Source of the DNA: Hyphomonadaceae bacterium
Lineage (GTDB): Bacteria > Pseudomonadota > Alphaproteobacteria > Caulobacterales > Aquidulcibacteraceae
Assembly (NCBI GenBank): GCA_050250735.1
Contig: JBFWOC010000002.1
Coordinates: forward strand, 56,614-120,613
Reading direction: 5' to 3'
DNA length: 64,000 nucleotides
In this document: positions 50,188 through 58,890 of the stretch, piece after piece
Numbering within the stretch: the stretch's first letter is position 1
Layout of the letters: each line of letters begins with the position of its first letter
Made by a program: the position numbers and the translations under genes
The notes under the pieces: model-generated
What the model was told of the DNA's origin: nothing
Databases searched by the model: none
The model's input: the letters and a program-made list of their open reading frames with translations, nothing else

Positions 50188-51429
50188 TTAGCCCGCCGCT
50201 TCCCGGCGGGGCAACGCGGAACTGCCTGCCGCCGCTCGCAACACCATAGAAAGCGCGACCAGCGCCAGCACGGCGGCCAAAATAAAGGCCGCGCCAGGGA
50301 AATGCACCGGCGCGCCATCGGCGGAGAAACGCCCAAGCGTCTGGGTCATCAGCAGCGGCCCCAATATGGTGGTGAGGCTCATCATGCTGGCGACACCGCC
50401 CTGCAACTCGCCTTGAGCGTCGGGCGGGACTTGTTTCGACATGATCGCGTTCATGGCCGGGTAGGCCAGCCCCTGCAGCGCGCCCAGCGTCATCGCCGCA
50501 TAGACCATCCAGCTCTGCGTCGCGACCGAAAGGGCGAGCATGCTCAAGGTCCCTGAGAGCATGCCGAGGATCACGGCGCGATGCTCGCCGATGCGCGGCA
50601 CGATCCTGCCGGTGAGATAGCCTTGCGTGAACGCCATCAACACGCCGGTGAAGGCAAGCGAGCCGCCGATCGCCGCCTCGCTCCAGTCAAAGCGAAGCTT
50701 GGCGAAAAACGCCCACGTCGATGGGTACACTTGGTGCGCCAGCTGCCACAAAAACACGGCGCCGGCGATGGCGATGACAGCGGGATAGCGGCGAAGCGCA
50801 AGCAGCGTGCCCAGGGGATTGGCGCGCGCCCATTCGAAGTCGCGCCGGCGCTGCGACGGCAAGCTCTCGGGAAGGAAGAAGTAGCCGTAAACGAAGTTGA
50901 GCGCGCCAAGCGCTGCAGCGGCGAAGAACGGCGCGCGGGGCCCGAGTTCGCCCAGCAAACCGCCAATGGCTGGGCCGAGAATGAACCCGACGCCGAACGC
51001 GGCGCCGACAAGTCCGAAGCTCTGGGCTCGCTTCTCCGGCGCCGAGACGTCGGCAATGTAGGCCATGGCCGGCGAATAGACCGCGCCGGCGACGCCAGCC
51101 ACCGCACGGCCAAGGAAGAGCCAGCCCAAGGTCGGCGCAAAGCCCATCAGCGCATAATCGAAGGCGAACGCGGCGAGCGACATGAGCAAGACGGGCCGGC
51201 GGCCGTAGCGATCGCTCAAATTGCCGAGGATCGGCCCGCAGACGAATTGCAGCGCCGCGTAAGTGATGAGCAGCCATCCCGCGAGCAGCGTTGCTTGCGC
51301 CATCGGCGCTCCGGTCAGCGTCACGATCAGTTGCGGCATCACCGGCAAGATGATGCCGAAGCCGATCGTGTCGATCAGCACGGTCAGGAAGATGAACGCC
51401 AGCGCGTGTTTGCTTGGTGGGCGTGACAT
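50188..51429 (-). CDS. MFS transporter, TCR/TetA-like
   Basis: 413 aa and about 12 TM helices. [23 protein letters not shown] and [14 protein letters not shown] are typical TetA-class MFS motifs. Confidence 0.85.
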   Translation of the reverse strand: MSRPPSKHALAFIFLTVLIDTIGFGIILPVMPQLIVTLTGAPMAQATLLAGWLLITYAALQFVCGPILGNLSDRYGRRPVLLMSLAAFAFDYALMGFAPTLGWLFLGRAVAGVAGAVYSPAMAYIADVSAPEKRAQSFGLVGAAFGVGFILGPAIGGLLGELGPRAPFFAAAALGALNFVYGYFFLPESLPSQRRRDFEWARANPLGTLLALRRYPAVIAIAGAVFLWQLAHQVYPSTWAFFAKLRFDWSEAAIGGSLAFTGVLMAFTQGYLTGRIVPRIGEHRAVILGMLSGTLSMLALSVATQSWMVYAAMTLGALQGLAYPAMNAIMSKQVPPDAQGELQGGVASMMSLTTILGPLLMTQTLGRFSADGAPVHFPGAAFILAAVLALVALSMVLRAAAGSSALPRREAAG

Positions 51430-51455
51430 TCCTGGTTTCCCCCAGTGCGAGCTTC

Positions 51456-52541
51456 TTACGTCTGCCGATCGCCGTCGTCGAACAGATCGGCTTGTCCATC
51501 CAGGTCAAGTGGCCGCCGAAATTGAGTGTGGTCGAGCGGCGGCGGCGGCCTGTCGAGGCCGAACCGCTTGCGCGCGGCGGCAAAGCGGGCGGCTATCAAC
51601 TTGGCGTACGGCCCCTCGCCTTTCTGCCGCTTGCTCCACTCGGGATCGTAATCGCGGCCGCCGCGCATCTGGCGCACCAGGCTGATTACCCGCGTCGAGC
51701 GGTCCGGGAAATGCTTGTGCAGCCATTCGCGGAATAGATCTTTGATCTCAAGCGGCAGCCTCAGCACGACGTAACCGCACGCGGACGCGCCTGCCTGGGC
51801 GCATTGCTCCAGGATCGCTTCGATCTCGCTGTCGTTGATCGCCGGCACCACCGGAGCGACCATGACGGTGACGGGCACGCCCGCCTCCGCGAGCATGCGG
51901 ATCGCTTCGATACGCCGATGCGGGGCCGCCGCTCGAGGCTCCATCACCCGGGCGATGCGGCGCTCCAGTGTGGTCACCGAGATAGCGGCCTTGGCGAGCC
52001 CACGCTCCGCCAGCCGTGCAAGGACATCGATGTCGCGGATCACGAGTTGCGACTTGGTGATGAGCGACACCGGATGGCGCCAACGTTCCATCACTTCGAG
52101 AATGCCGCGGGTGACGCCATAGCCGCGCTCGATCGGTTGATAGATGTCGGTCACGCCGCCGAGCATGATGGTCTTCGGCCTGTAGTTGGGCCTCGCGAAC
52201 TCGCGTTCGAGCAATTCGACTGCGTTCGCCTTCACGAACAGCTTGGTTTCGAAATCGAGTCCCGGCGAGAGACCGACATAGGCGTGGTTCGGCCGCGCGT
52301 AGCAATAGATGCAGCCGTGTTCGCAGCCGCGATAGGGATTGATCGACTGCTCGAACGAAATGTCGGGGCTCTGATTGGTGGAAATGATGGTCTTGGCCAA
52401 TTCAGGCGTGACGATCGTCTCCAGCGGCCGGGCGCCGTCTTCGCCCACCCAACCGTCATCGAAGGCTTCGCGAACGAAGCGTTCGTAGCGCCCGCTGGCG
52501 TTGGTGCGCGCGCCCCTGCCATGCAGCGGATCGGATGTCAT
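51456..52541 (-). CDS. PA0069-family radical SAM protein (COG1533, SplB-like)
   Basis: 361 aa. GRGARTNASGRYE and YRGCEHGCIYCYARP contain the CxxxCxxC cluster. Confidence 0.85.
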   Translation of the reverse strand: MTSDPLHGRGARTNASGRYERFVREAFDDGWVGEDGARPLETIVTPELAKTIISTNQSPDISFEQSINPYRGCEHGCIYCYARPNHAYVGLSPGLDFETKLFVKANAVELLEREFARPNYRPKTIMLGGVTDIYQPIERGYGVTRGILEVMERWRHPVSLITKSQLVIRDIDVLARLAERGLAKAAISVTTLERRIARVMEPRAAAPHRRIEAIRMLAEAGVPVTVMVAPVVPAINDSEIEAILEQCAQAGASACGYVVLRLPLEIKDLFREWLHKHFPDRSTRVISLVRQMRGGRDYDPEWSKRQKGEGPYAKLIAARFAAARKRFGLDRPPPPLDHTQFRRPLDLDGQADLFDDGDRQT

Positions 52542-52565
52542 TCACTGGGATTATTATCCTAATAA

Positions 52566-52580
52566 GAACAAATCAAGAAC
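52566..52580 (-). promoter_or_regulatory. alphaproteobacterial SOS (LexA) box, GAAC-N7-GAAC
   Basis: GAACAAATCAAGAAC lies 24 nt upstream of the radical SAM ATG. On the minus strand it overlaps a plausible promoter: TTGTTC, an 18-nt spacer, then GATAAT (52553-52582). Confidence 0.55.
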
Positions 52581-52584
52581 AATT

Positions 52585-52770
52585 TCAGGAATGCCGGGCT
52601 GGCTGGTCGTTTCCGTGGGGCTCGCTGCGGATTGTTTCGTCGATGCGGCGGAGCTGATTTTCGAATGGTTTTTTCTCGCCAATCGACCCGTTGCTGGCGT
52701 AGGCGCGCTGCAGCGTCGCGCGCAGTGACGCGAGTTTTTGCGCCTTGGTCGGTTGGACGAAGCCTTCCAT
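52585..52770 (-). CDS. small hypothetical protein (61 aa)
   Basis: The track ORF has mostly GC-ending codons. There is no clear SD, and its 3' end abuts the SOS-box promoter region. Confidence 0.35.
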   Translation of the reverse strand: MEGFVQPTKAQKLASLRATLQRAYASNGSIGEKKPFENQLRRIDETIRSEPHGNDQPARHS

Positions 52771-52825
52771 GCCTTGGCAAGACCGGTACCGCCGCTGAGG
52801 TTCCGCCGGGCGGTTTTAAAAACCT

Positions 52826-52851
52826 TAGGGCGCCGGTCTCCCGGCGCCCTA
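52826..52851. terminator. bidirectional rho-independent terminator-like hairpin
   Basis: tagggcgccgg tctc ccggcgcccta (11-bp stem). It is flanked by TTTT on the plus strand (52853-52856) and TTTTT on the minus strand (complement of 52818-52822). Confidence 0.6.
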
Positions 52852-52930
52852 GTTTTGTGGGCTTAACATGGATGTCTGCCTGTTTCTTGCGCCCCTCAGG
52901 GGGCCTGGGAAGGTTCAGGTCAGCGACCCG

Positions 52931-53023
52931 TCAGGCAACCATCTGCGCGGCTTGGTTCAACGTCAGAAACGCAACCGGGGCGAGCACCGCGAGCGCCGCA
53001 ACAAGGCAATAAAACTTGGTCAT
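52931..53023 (-). CDS. candidate small hydrophobic peptide (30 aa), not in ORF track
   Basis: Hand translation: MTKFYCLVAALAVLAPVAFLTLNQAAQMVA, or 34 aa from the ATG at 53035. The leader GAGGAGAGATGGAGCAGGAA is purine-rich. The hairpin terminator lies about 80 nt downstream. Confidence 0.35.
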   Translation of the reverse strand: MTKFYCLVAALAVLAPVAFLTLNQAAQMVA

Positions 53024-53135
53024 TTCCTGCTCCATCTCTCCTCGAACCGTCCATCGATCCGATGAGTTGAAGCTAATGAGCGTTTAGCCTTCTGGATGTG
53101 ACACGGGGCACAGGATCGTAGCGGCCCCGCTTCAT

Positions 53136-53885
53136 TCACATAAAGCCCATGTCGCGGTCGTAACTGCGGAAACGGCGGCCGGCGTCGACGTAAACGGTCT
53201 GGCCGGTGACCGCGTCGTTCTCGATCAAGAAGCGGACGGCGTGGGCGATGTGCTCGGGCGTGGGTCCGGTTTCGAGCGGGGTGTCGGCGTGCAGGCGCCG
53301 CCAATCCGCTTCCGCTTGCCCCGGCGCTGGCAACACATAGCCGGGCGCTACGGCATTCACGCGCACGCGCGGCGCCAGCGCGCGCGCAAGCAGCTCGGTC
53401 GCGCCGGCGAGCGCGTATTTAGAAAGTGTGTAGGAGAAGTGATCGGGATACGGGTTGGCGAGCTTGAAATCGAGGAAGTTCACGATTGCGCCGCGGCCGT
53501 GCTCCGGCAGCGACTCGGCAAACTCTCGCGACAGCATCGCCGGCGTAAACGCGTTGATGGCGATATGCTTTTGCAGCAATTCTTCGCTCATCGTGTCGAT
53601 GGTGTCGTGCTCGAATATAGCGGCGCAATTGACCAGCGCCGTCAGCGGCGCACCGGCGGCATTTGCAGCGCCGGAGATGAGGCCGTGACGCTCGGCCGCG
53701 TTGCCGAGATCGGCGCCTATCGCAACCGCAGCGGCGCCGGCTTCGCGCACGGTCGAGGCCACAGCCTCGGCCTCTGCGCGTGAGTGGCGATAATGAATGG
53801 CGACATTCCAGCCGTGATGCGCAAGCTCGATCGCAACGGCGCGCCCTAGCCGCTGACCGGCGCCGGTGACCAGCGCCCAGTTCAT
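53136..53885 (-). CDS. short-chain dehydrogenase/reductase (pteridine reductase/FolM-like)
   Basis: Track ORF 53136..53993; the ATG at 53885 gives MNWALVTGAGQRLGRAVA (TGxxxxxG). YTLSKYAL is the YxxxK motif. There is a 4-nt ATGA overlap with the upstream folB-like gene. Confidence 0.8.
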   Translation of the reverse strand: MNWALVTGAGQRLGRAVAIELAHHGWNVAIHYRHSRAEAEAVASTVREAGAAAVAIGADLGNAAERHGLISGAANAAGAPLTALVNCAAIFEHDTIDTMSEELLQKHIAINAFTPAMLSREFAESLPEHGRGAIVNFLDFKLANPYPDHFSYTLSKYALAGATELLARALAPRVRVNAVAPGYVLPAPGQAEADWRRLHADTPLETGPTPEHIAHAVRFLIENDAVTGQTVYVDAGRRFRSYDRDMGFM

Positions 53886-54247
53886 TGGCGTTCCCTGCGG
53901 ATCGTCACCGCAACCAGCCCATCGCCGGAAAGCACAGAAGGCTTCTTCACTGTCACTTCCACCCAGAGCGCACGACTGGAGAGCGACAAGCAATGGCCGG
54001 CGACGCGGTCCGAGAGCGTCTCGATGAGATGCGCCGGTTCGCCGAGATCATCGCGAATGAAATGAATGATGCGGTCGTAATCGACGGTTTCGCCGATCCG
54101 GTCATGGGCCGGATAGAGCGGAGGATCGGCCAGGGCAAGCGTCACCGAGATGCGCACCTCCTGCGGCGTTGCGCGCTCGGGATCGGGCACCCCTACCCGC
54201 ACCAGCGCCTTGGCGTCGTCGATACGGAGAATGTGGAGATCGGCCAT
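53882..54247 (-). CDS. folB: dihydroneopterin aldolase family protein
   Basis: 121 aa. VRVGVPDPERATPQEVRISVTL and ETVDYDRIIHFIRD fit FolB-type tunnel-fold proteins. It is paired with an SDR, as in other folB-folM-like pairs. Confidence 0.7.
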   Translation of the reverse strand: MADLHILRIDDAKALVRVGVPDPERATPQEVRISVTLALADPPLYPAHDRIGETVDYDRIIHFIRDDLGEPAHLIETLSDRVAGHCLSLSSRALWVEVTVKKPSVLSGDGLVAVTIRRERQ

Positions 54248-54379
54248 CAGGTACCAGGTGTCAGGTGTCAGATATCAGTTATCAATTGGGAGATGAACAT
54301 GGCCGGGCCGTTATCCAGGCTGATGCAAACTATTCTGACAACTGACACCCGACACCCGACACCTAACACCTGACACCTG
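54248..54379. mobile_element. second heptamer-array element with no clear ORF between the arrays (empty or decayed copy)
   Basis: Left array 54248-54289: CAGGTAC CAGGTGT CAGGTGT CAGATAT CAGTTAT CAATTGG. A 48-bp centre follows. Right array 54338-54379: ACAACTG ACACCCG ACACCCG ACACCTA ACACCTG ACACCTG. It fills the whole gap between the folB ATG and the EamA stop. Confidence 0.6.
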
Positions 54380-55213
54380 TCAGGCGAAGGCGATGAGGCC
54401 AGCGCCCGCGGCGACGATCGCGGCGCCGAGCCAGCGGCGAAGCCCCAGCCCCTCGCGCAGGAACAGGAAGGCGATCAGCGCACCCCAAACCACGGAAGTT
54501 TCGCGCAACGCCGTCACTTGCGCGATCGGGGCGAAGGTCTGCGCCCAAAGCACCAGCCCGTAGCCGGCGAAACTGATAACGCCGATAGCAATGCCGCGCC
54601 AGGGCGCAATCGCCGCGGCGGTCAGCAATCGCGCCGCCCCTCGCCGCCAGAACGCAAAGACGGCCATGGGCACGGACATGAGTGTCATCGACCAGCCGAG
54701 GAAGATCACCGCATTGCCGGCCGCGCGCGCACCCAGCGCGTCGACCAGCGAGTAGGAGGCGATGCAAAGACCGATGGCACCTGCCCAGAGCGTCGCCTTC
54801 AGCGGCGCACGCGGGCTGGCCCCGACGGTGAACACGCCGAGCGAAACCAGCGCAATGCCGGCCAGTTTCAACGGCGGCGGAATCTCATGCGCCGTGAGCG
54901 CCGCGCCAAAAGCCACCAGCATCGGCGCCATGCCGCGCGAGAGCGTATAGACATGGCTCATGTCGCCGGCGTCATAGCCTTTGAACAGACAGAACCAATA
55001 GGTGAGGTGGATGCAGATGGTCAGCCCGAGATAAGGCCACGCGGCCTGCGGCAGCGCGCCAAGCGAGAGGATGATCAGAAACCCCGCACCGAGACCGCCG
55101 ACCGCGATGAGGAAGGAATCCGTCACGCGGTCCGTGCCGCCCTTGAGCGCGGCGTTCCAACTGGCGTGGATCAAGGCCGAGGCAAGGGCGGCGGCGATGG
55201 CGAGCGGCGGCAT
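54380..55213 (-). CDS. EamA/DMT family transporter
   Basis: Only the 3' 277 codons of track ORF 54380..56218 are used (ATG at 55213). About 10 TM helices with a duplicated EamA-like pattern. The upstream part of the track ORF is antisense to the next gene. Confidence 0.8.
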   Translation of the reverse strand: MPPLAIAAALASALIHASWNAALKGGTDRVTDSFLIAVGGLGAGFLIILSLGALPQAAWPYLGLTICIHLTYWFCLFKGYDAGDMSHVYTLSRGMAPMLVAFGAALTAHEIPPPLKLAGIALVSLGVFTVGASPRAPLKATLWAGAIGLCIASYSLVDALGARAAGNAVIFLGWSMTLMSVPMAVFAFWRRGAARLLTAAAIAPWRGIAIGVISFAGYGLVLWAQTFAPIAQVTALRETSVVWGALIAFLFLREGLGLRRWLGAAIVAAGAGLIAFA

Positions 55214-55276
55214 GGGTCGGGCTCCTATGGACCGCCGAGGCGTCAGCGGTCCATAACCTCGCCGGCGGAGGCGGGC

Positions 55277-56497
55277 ATGAGCGCACAGGAATTCGACGTC
55301 ATCGTCTATGGCGCGAGCGGCTTCACCGGCAAGCTGGTGGCGGAATATTTGCTCAGGCGCTACGGCGCCGAAGGCGAAGTGCGCTGGGCGATGGCCGGCC
55401 GCGACGAGGAAAAACTCAAGGCCGTGCGCGCCGAGTTGAATGCGCCGTTCGCGTTGCCGATCATTGCTGCGAAAACGTCGGACACAGGGGCTCTTGACGC
55501 GCTGGCCCATCGTACGCGCGTGATCATCACTACCGTCGGCCCCTATCAGCGCCATGGCGAGGCGCTGCTGGCGGCCTGCGCCAGGGCGGGGACGGATTAT
55601 GTCGATCTCTGTGGCGAGCCGAACTGGATGGCCGCGATGATCGAGAAATACGAGCAGACAGCCAGGGACAGCGGCGCCCGCATCGTGTTTTCGTGCGGTT
55701 TCGATTCGATTCCGTTCGATTGCGGCGTCTGGTTCCTGCAGCGCGAAGCGAAGGCGCGGTTCGGCCAGCCTCTGCGCGAGGTGCGCGGGCGCGTGCGGAA
55801 GATGAAGGGCTCTTTTTCGGGCGGCACCGCTGCCTCGATGATGGCGACGTTCGAGGCGATTCGCCGCGATGAACGCGTGGCTGCGTTGATGACCGATCCG
55901 TTCGCGCTTTCGCCGACGCGGTTGCGGGCGCAGCCCGATGGCGAAACGCCGACGGAAGACGAGGATCTCAATTCGTGGTCGGCCCCCTTCGTGATGGCGG
56001 CCATCAACACCAAGAACGTCCACCGCACCAACGCGCTCACGGGCTATGCCTACGGCCGCGATTTCACCTACAGCGAAATGATGTTCACCGGCCCGGGTGA
56101 ACAAGGACGCAGACGTGCGGGCGCGGCGGCGGGTCAGGCGCGCATGCAGCGCGCGCTGTTCAATTTCGCACCGACGCGCGCGCTCATCGCACAGTTCGCC
56201 CTGCCCAAGCCAGGTCAAGGCCCGAACAAGGAGCAGCGTGAGAGCGGCATGTTCGACGTGCTGTTCGCGGGCAAGACCGATGATGGCCGCGCGCTGCGCG
56301 CCGGCGTCAGCGGCGACAGGGATCCTGGCTATGGCTCGACGTCGAAAATGCTGGCCGAGGCCGCGTTGACGCTCAAGGAGACCAACCGTCAGACTACGCC
56401 CGGCGGCGTCTGGACACCCGCAGCAGCGATGGGTGATGCGCTGATCGCGCGCCTGCAGGAGAACGCCGGCCTGCGCTTCACCCTCGAAAACGCCTAG
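55277..56497 (+). CDS. saccharopine dehydrogenase family protein (trans-acting enoyl reductase-like)
   Basis: 406 aa from the ATG at 55277, within track ORF 54518..56497. FDVIVYGASGFTGKLVAEYL..TTVGPYQRHGEALLAACARAGTDYVDLCGE. Confidence 0.8.
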   Translation: MSAQEFDVIVYGASGFTGKLVAEYLLRRYGAEGEVRWAMAGRDEEKLKAVRAELNAPFALPIIAAKTSDTGALDALAHRTRVIITTVGPYQRHGEALLAACARAGTDYVDLCGEPNWMAAMIEKYEQTARDSGARIVFSCGFDSIPFDCGVWFLQREAKARFGQPLREVRGRVRKMKGSFSGGTAASMMATFEAIRRDERVAALMTDPFALSPTRLRAQPDGETPTEDEDLNSWSAPFVMAAINTKNVHRTNALTGYAYGRDFTYSEMMFTGPGEQGRRRAGAAAGQARMQRALFNFAPTRALIAQFALPKPGQGPNKEQRESGMFDVLFAGKTDDGRALRAGVSGDRDPGYGSTSKMLAEAALTLKETNRQTTPGGVWTPAAAMGDALIARLQENAGLRFTLENA

Positions 56498-57045
56498 CGC
56501 TCACGCACCCGGAAGCGTGCGAGCTCTACCGTGGGCGGACGCCATTCGGGCGCGAGGTCGGCGGCGCGACGATAATCGGCATAGGCTGCGCGAGCGTCGC
56601 CCACCTCTTCGTAGGCAGCGGCCCGGTAATAATACGCCCTCTCTGGACGGTCGGGATTCATCGACATGGCTTGTGTCAGCGCATCGATGGCTTCGCGATG
56701 CCGGCCTAGTTCAACCAGAGCGATGCCGCGCATGAGATGGGCTTCGCCGAACTCCGGCGTCAGCGCCACCGAAGCATCGAAATCGGCGAGCGCACGCACA
56801 TCCTCGTTGCGCCGCATCCACAACACGCCGCGGTTCACATGGGTGGCGGAGCGGTCCTGCCGGATCAGGAAATCATAGTTGAGGGCAAGATCGCAGAGCT
56901 CGATCGAATTACGGTCGTGCCGGTCGGTCGCGGCAGCCACGTAGCAATCCGCGGCCGGACCGCGGCCGACGACCCAGACGGCTGCGTTGGCCGATGGAAT
57001 CAGACTGGCGGCGATAACGGCGCCAGCAAGCAATGCTCGCTTCAT
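56494..57045 (-). CDS. secreted TPR-repeat protein
   Basis: Track ORF 56494..57063; ATG at 57045 has GAGGAGG upstream. Signal peptide MKRALLAGAVIAASLIPSANA. TPR-like AYYYRAAAYEEVGDARAAYADYRRAADL. Confidence 0.75.
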   Translation of the reverse strand: MKRALLAGAVIAASLIPSANAAVWVVGRGPAADCYVAAATDRHDRNSIELCDLALNYDFLIRQDRSATHVNRGVLWMRRNEDVRALADFDASVALTPEFGEAHLMRGIALVELGRHREAIDALTQAMSMNPDRPERAYYYRAAAYEEVGDARAAYADYRRAADLAPEWRPPTVELARFRVRER

Positions 57046-57140
57046 GGGCGTTCCTCCTCGCACATTCGAGGGAATGCCCGTTGGCAGGATGCTTCAATTC
57101 ACATTCCCGGGAGGCGCCGGGCATCCGTCGCAAAAGCCGG

Positions 57141-58376
<1,236 letters not shown>

Positions 58377-58470
58377 TTAGGGCAACTCAACTCCCGTTGC
58401 GAAAATCAGCCGCGGATAGGCGCGCTTGCCGCGCCGGCTCCCTATATGGCTCAGGACAATGGAGGACCTG

Positions 58471-58815
58471 ATGCCGCTCTTGATGTGCCCGAACTGCAAC
58501 GCTTCGATGACCGAGGTGAAACGCAACGACGTCGCCTTCGACATGTGTCCGACCTGCCGGGGCGTATGGCTGGACCGCGGCGAGCTGGAGAAGATCATTA
58601 CCGGCGTGCAGGCCGACCGGGGCGGCGGCTTAGATCAGGGCCAAGCCCAGTTTTCGCAAGGCCAACGTCCGCCGCAGCAACCGCAGCAGGGCTACGGCGA
58701 ACGCGGCGAATATGGCGAGCGTGGCGAATACGGCGAGCGCGGCGAAGGCAGTCACGATCAGCGCGGCCGCCGCCGGCGTGGCGGCTTCGATCTTATGGAT
58801 ATTTTCGGCGACTAG
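58471..58815 (+). CDS. TFIIB-type zinc-ribbon protein with low-complexity Gly/Glu/Arg tail
   Basis: Track ORF 58426..58815; ATG at 58471 has GGAGGA upstream. CPNCNASM..CPTCRGVWLDRGELEKI is a zf-TFIIB pattern. Confidence 0.7.
   Translation: MPLLMCPNCNASMTEVKRNDVAFDMCPTCRGVWLDRGELEKIITGVQADRGGGLDQGQAQFSQGQRPPQQPQQGYGERGEYGERGEYGERGEGSHDQRGRRRRGGFDLMDIFGD
58696..58749 (+). repeat. 3 x 18-bp in-frame tandem repeat (GERGEY x3)
   Basis: ggcgaacgcggcgaatat / ggcgagcgtggcgaatac / ggcgagcgcggcgaaggc. Confidence 0.8.
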
Positions 58816-58890
58816 TCCGCCCGCCGCCGATTATCGTCAGTTGGCAGCGCTCGGATTGCCCCGCGCGGCGAATTGCGCCAGTTGGCGGAT

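Noticed and set aside
55214-56218. Upstream 335 codons of track ORF 54380..56218
   Set aside because: This part is antisense to the saccharopine-dehydrogenase-like gene. The EamA transporter begins at the ATG at 55213.
58816-58890. Riboswitch (for example cobalamin) ahead of the TonB-dependent receptor gene
   Set aside because: The leader is only about 75 nt, too short for the known receptor-associated riboswitches, and I saw no conserved core motifs.
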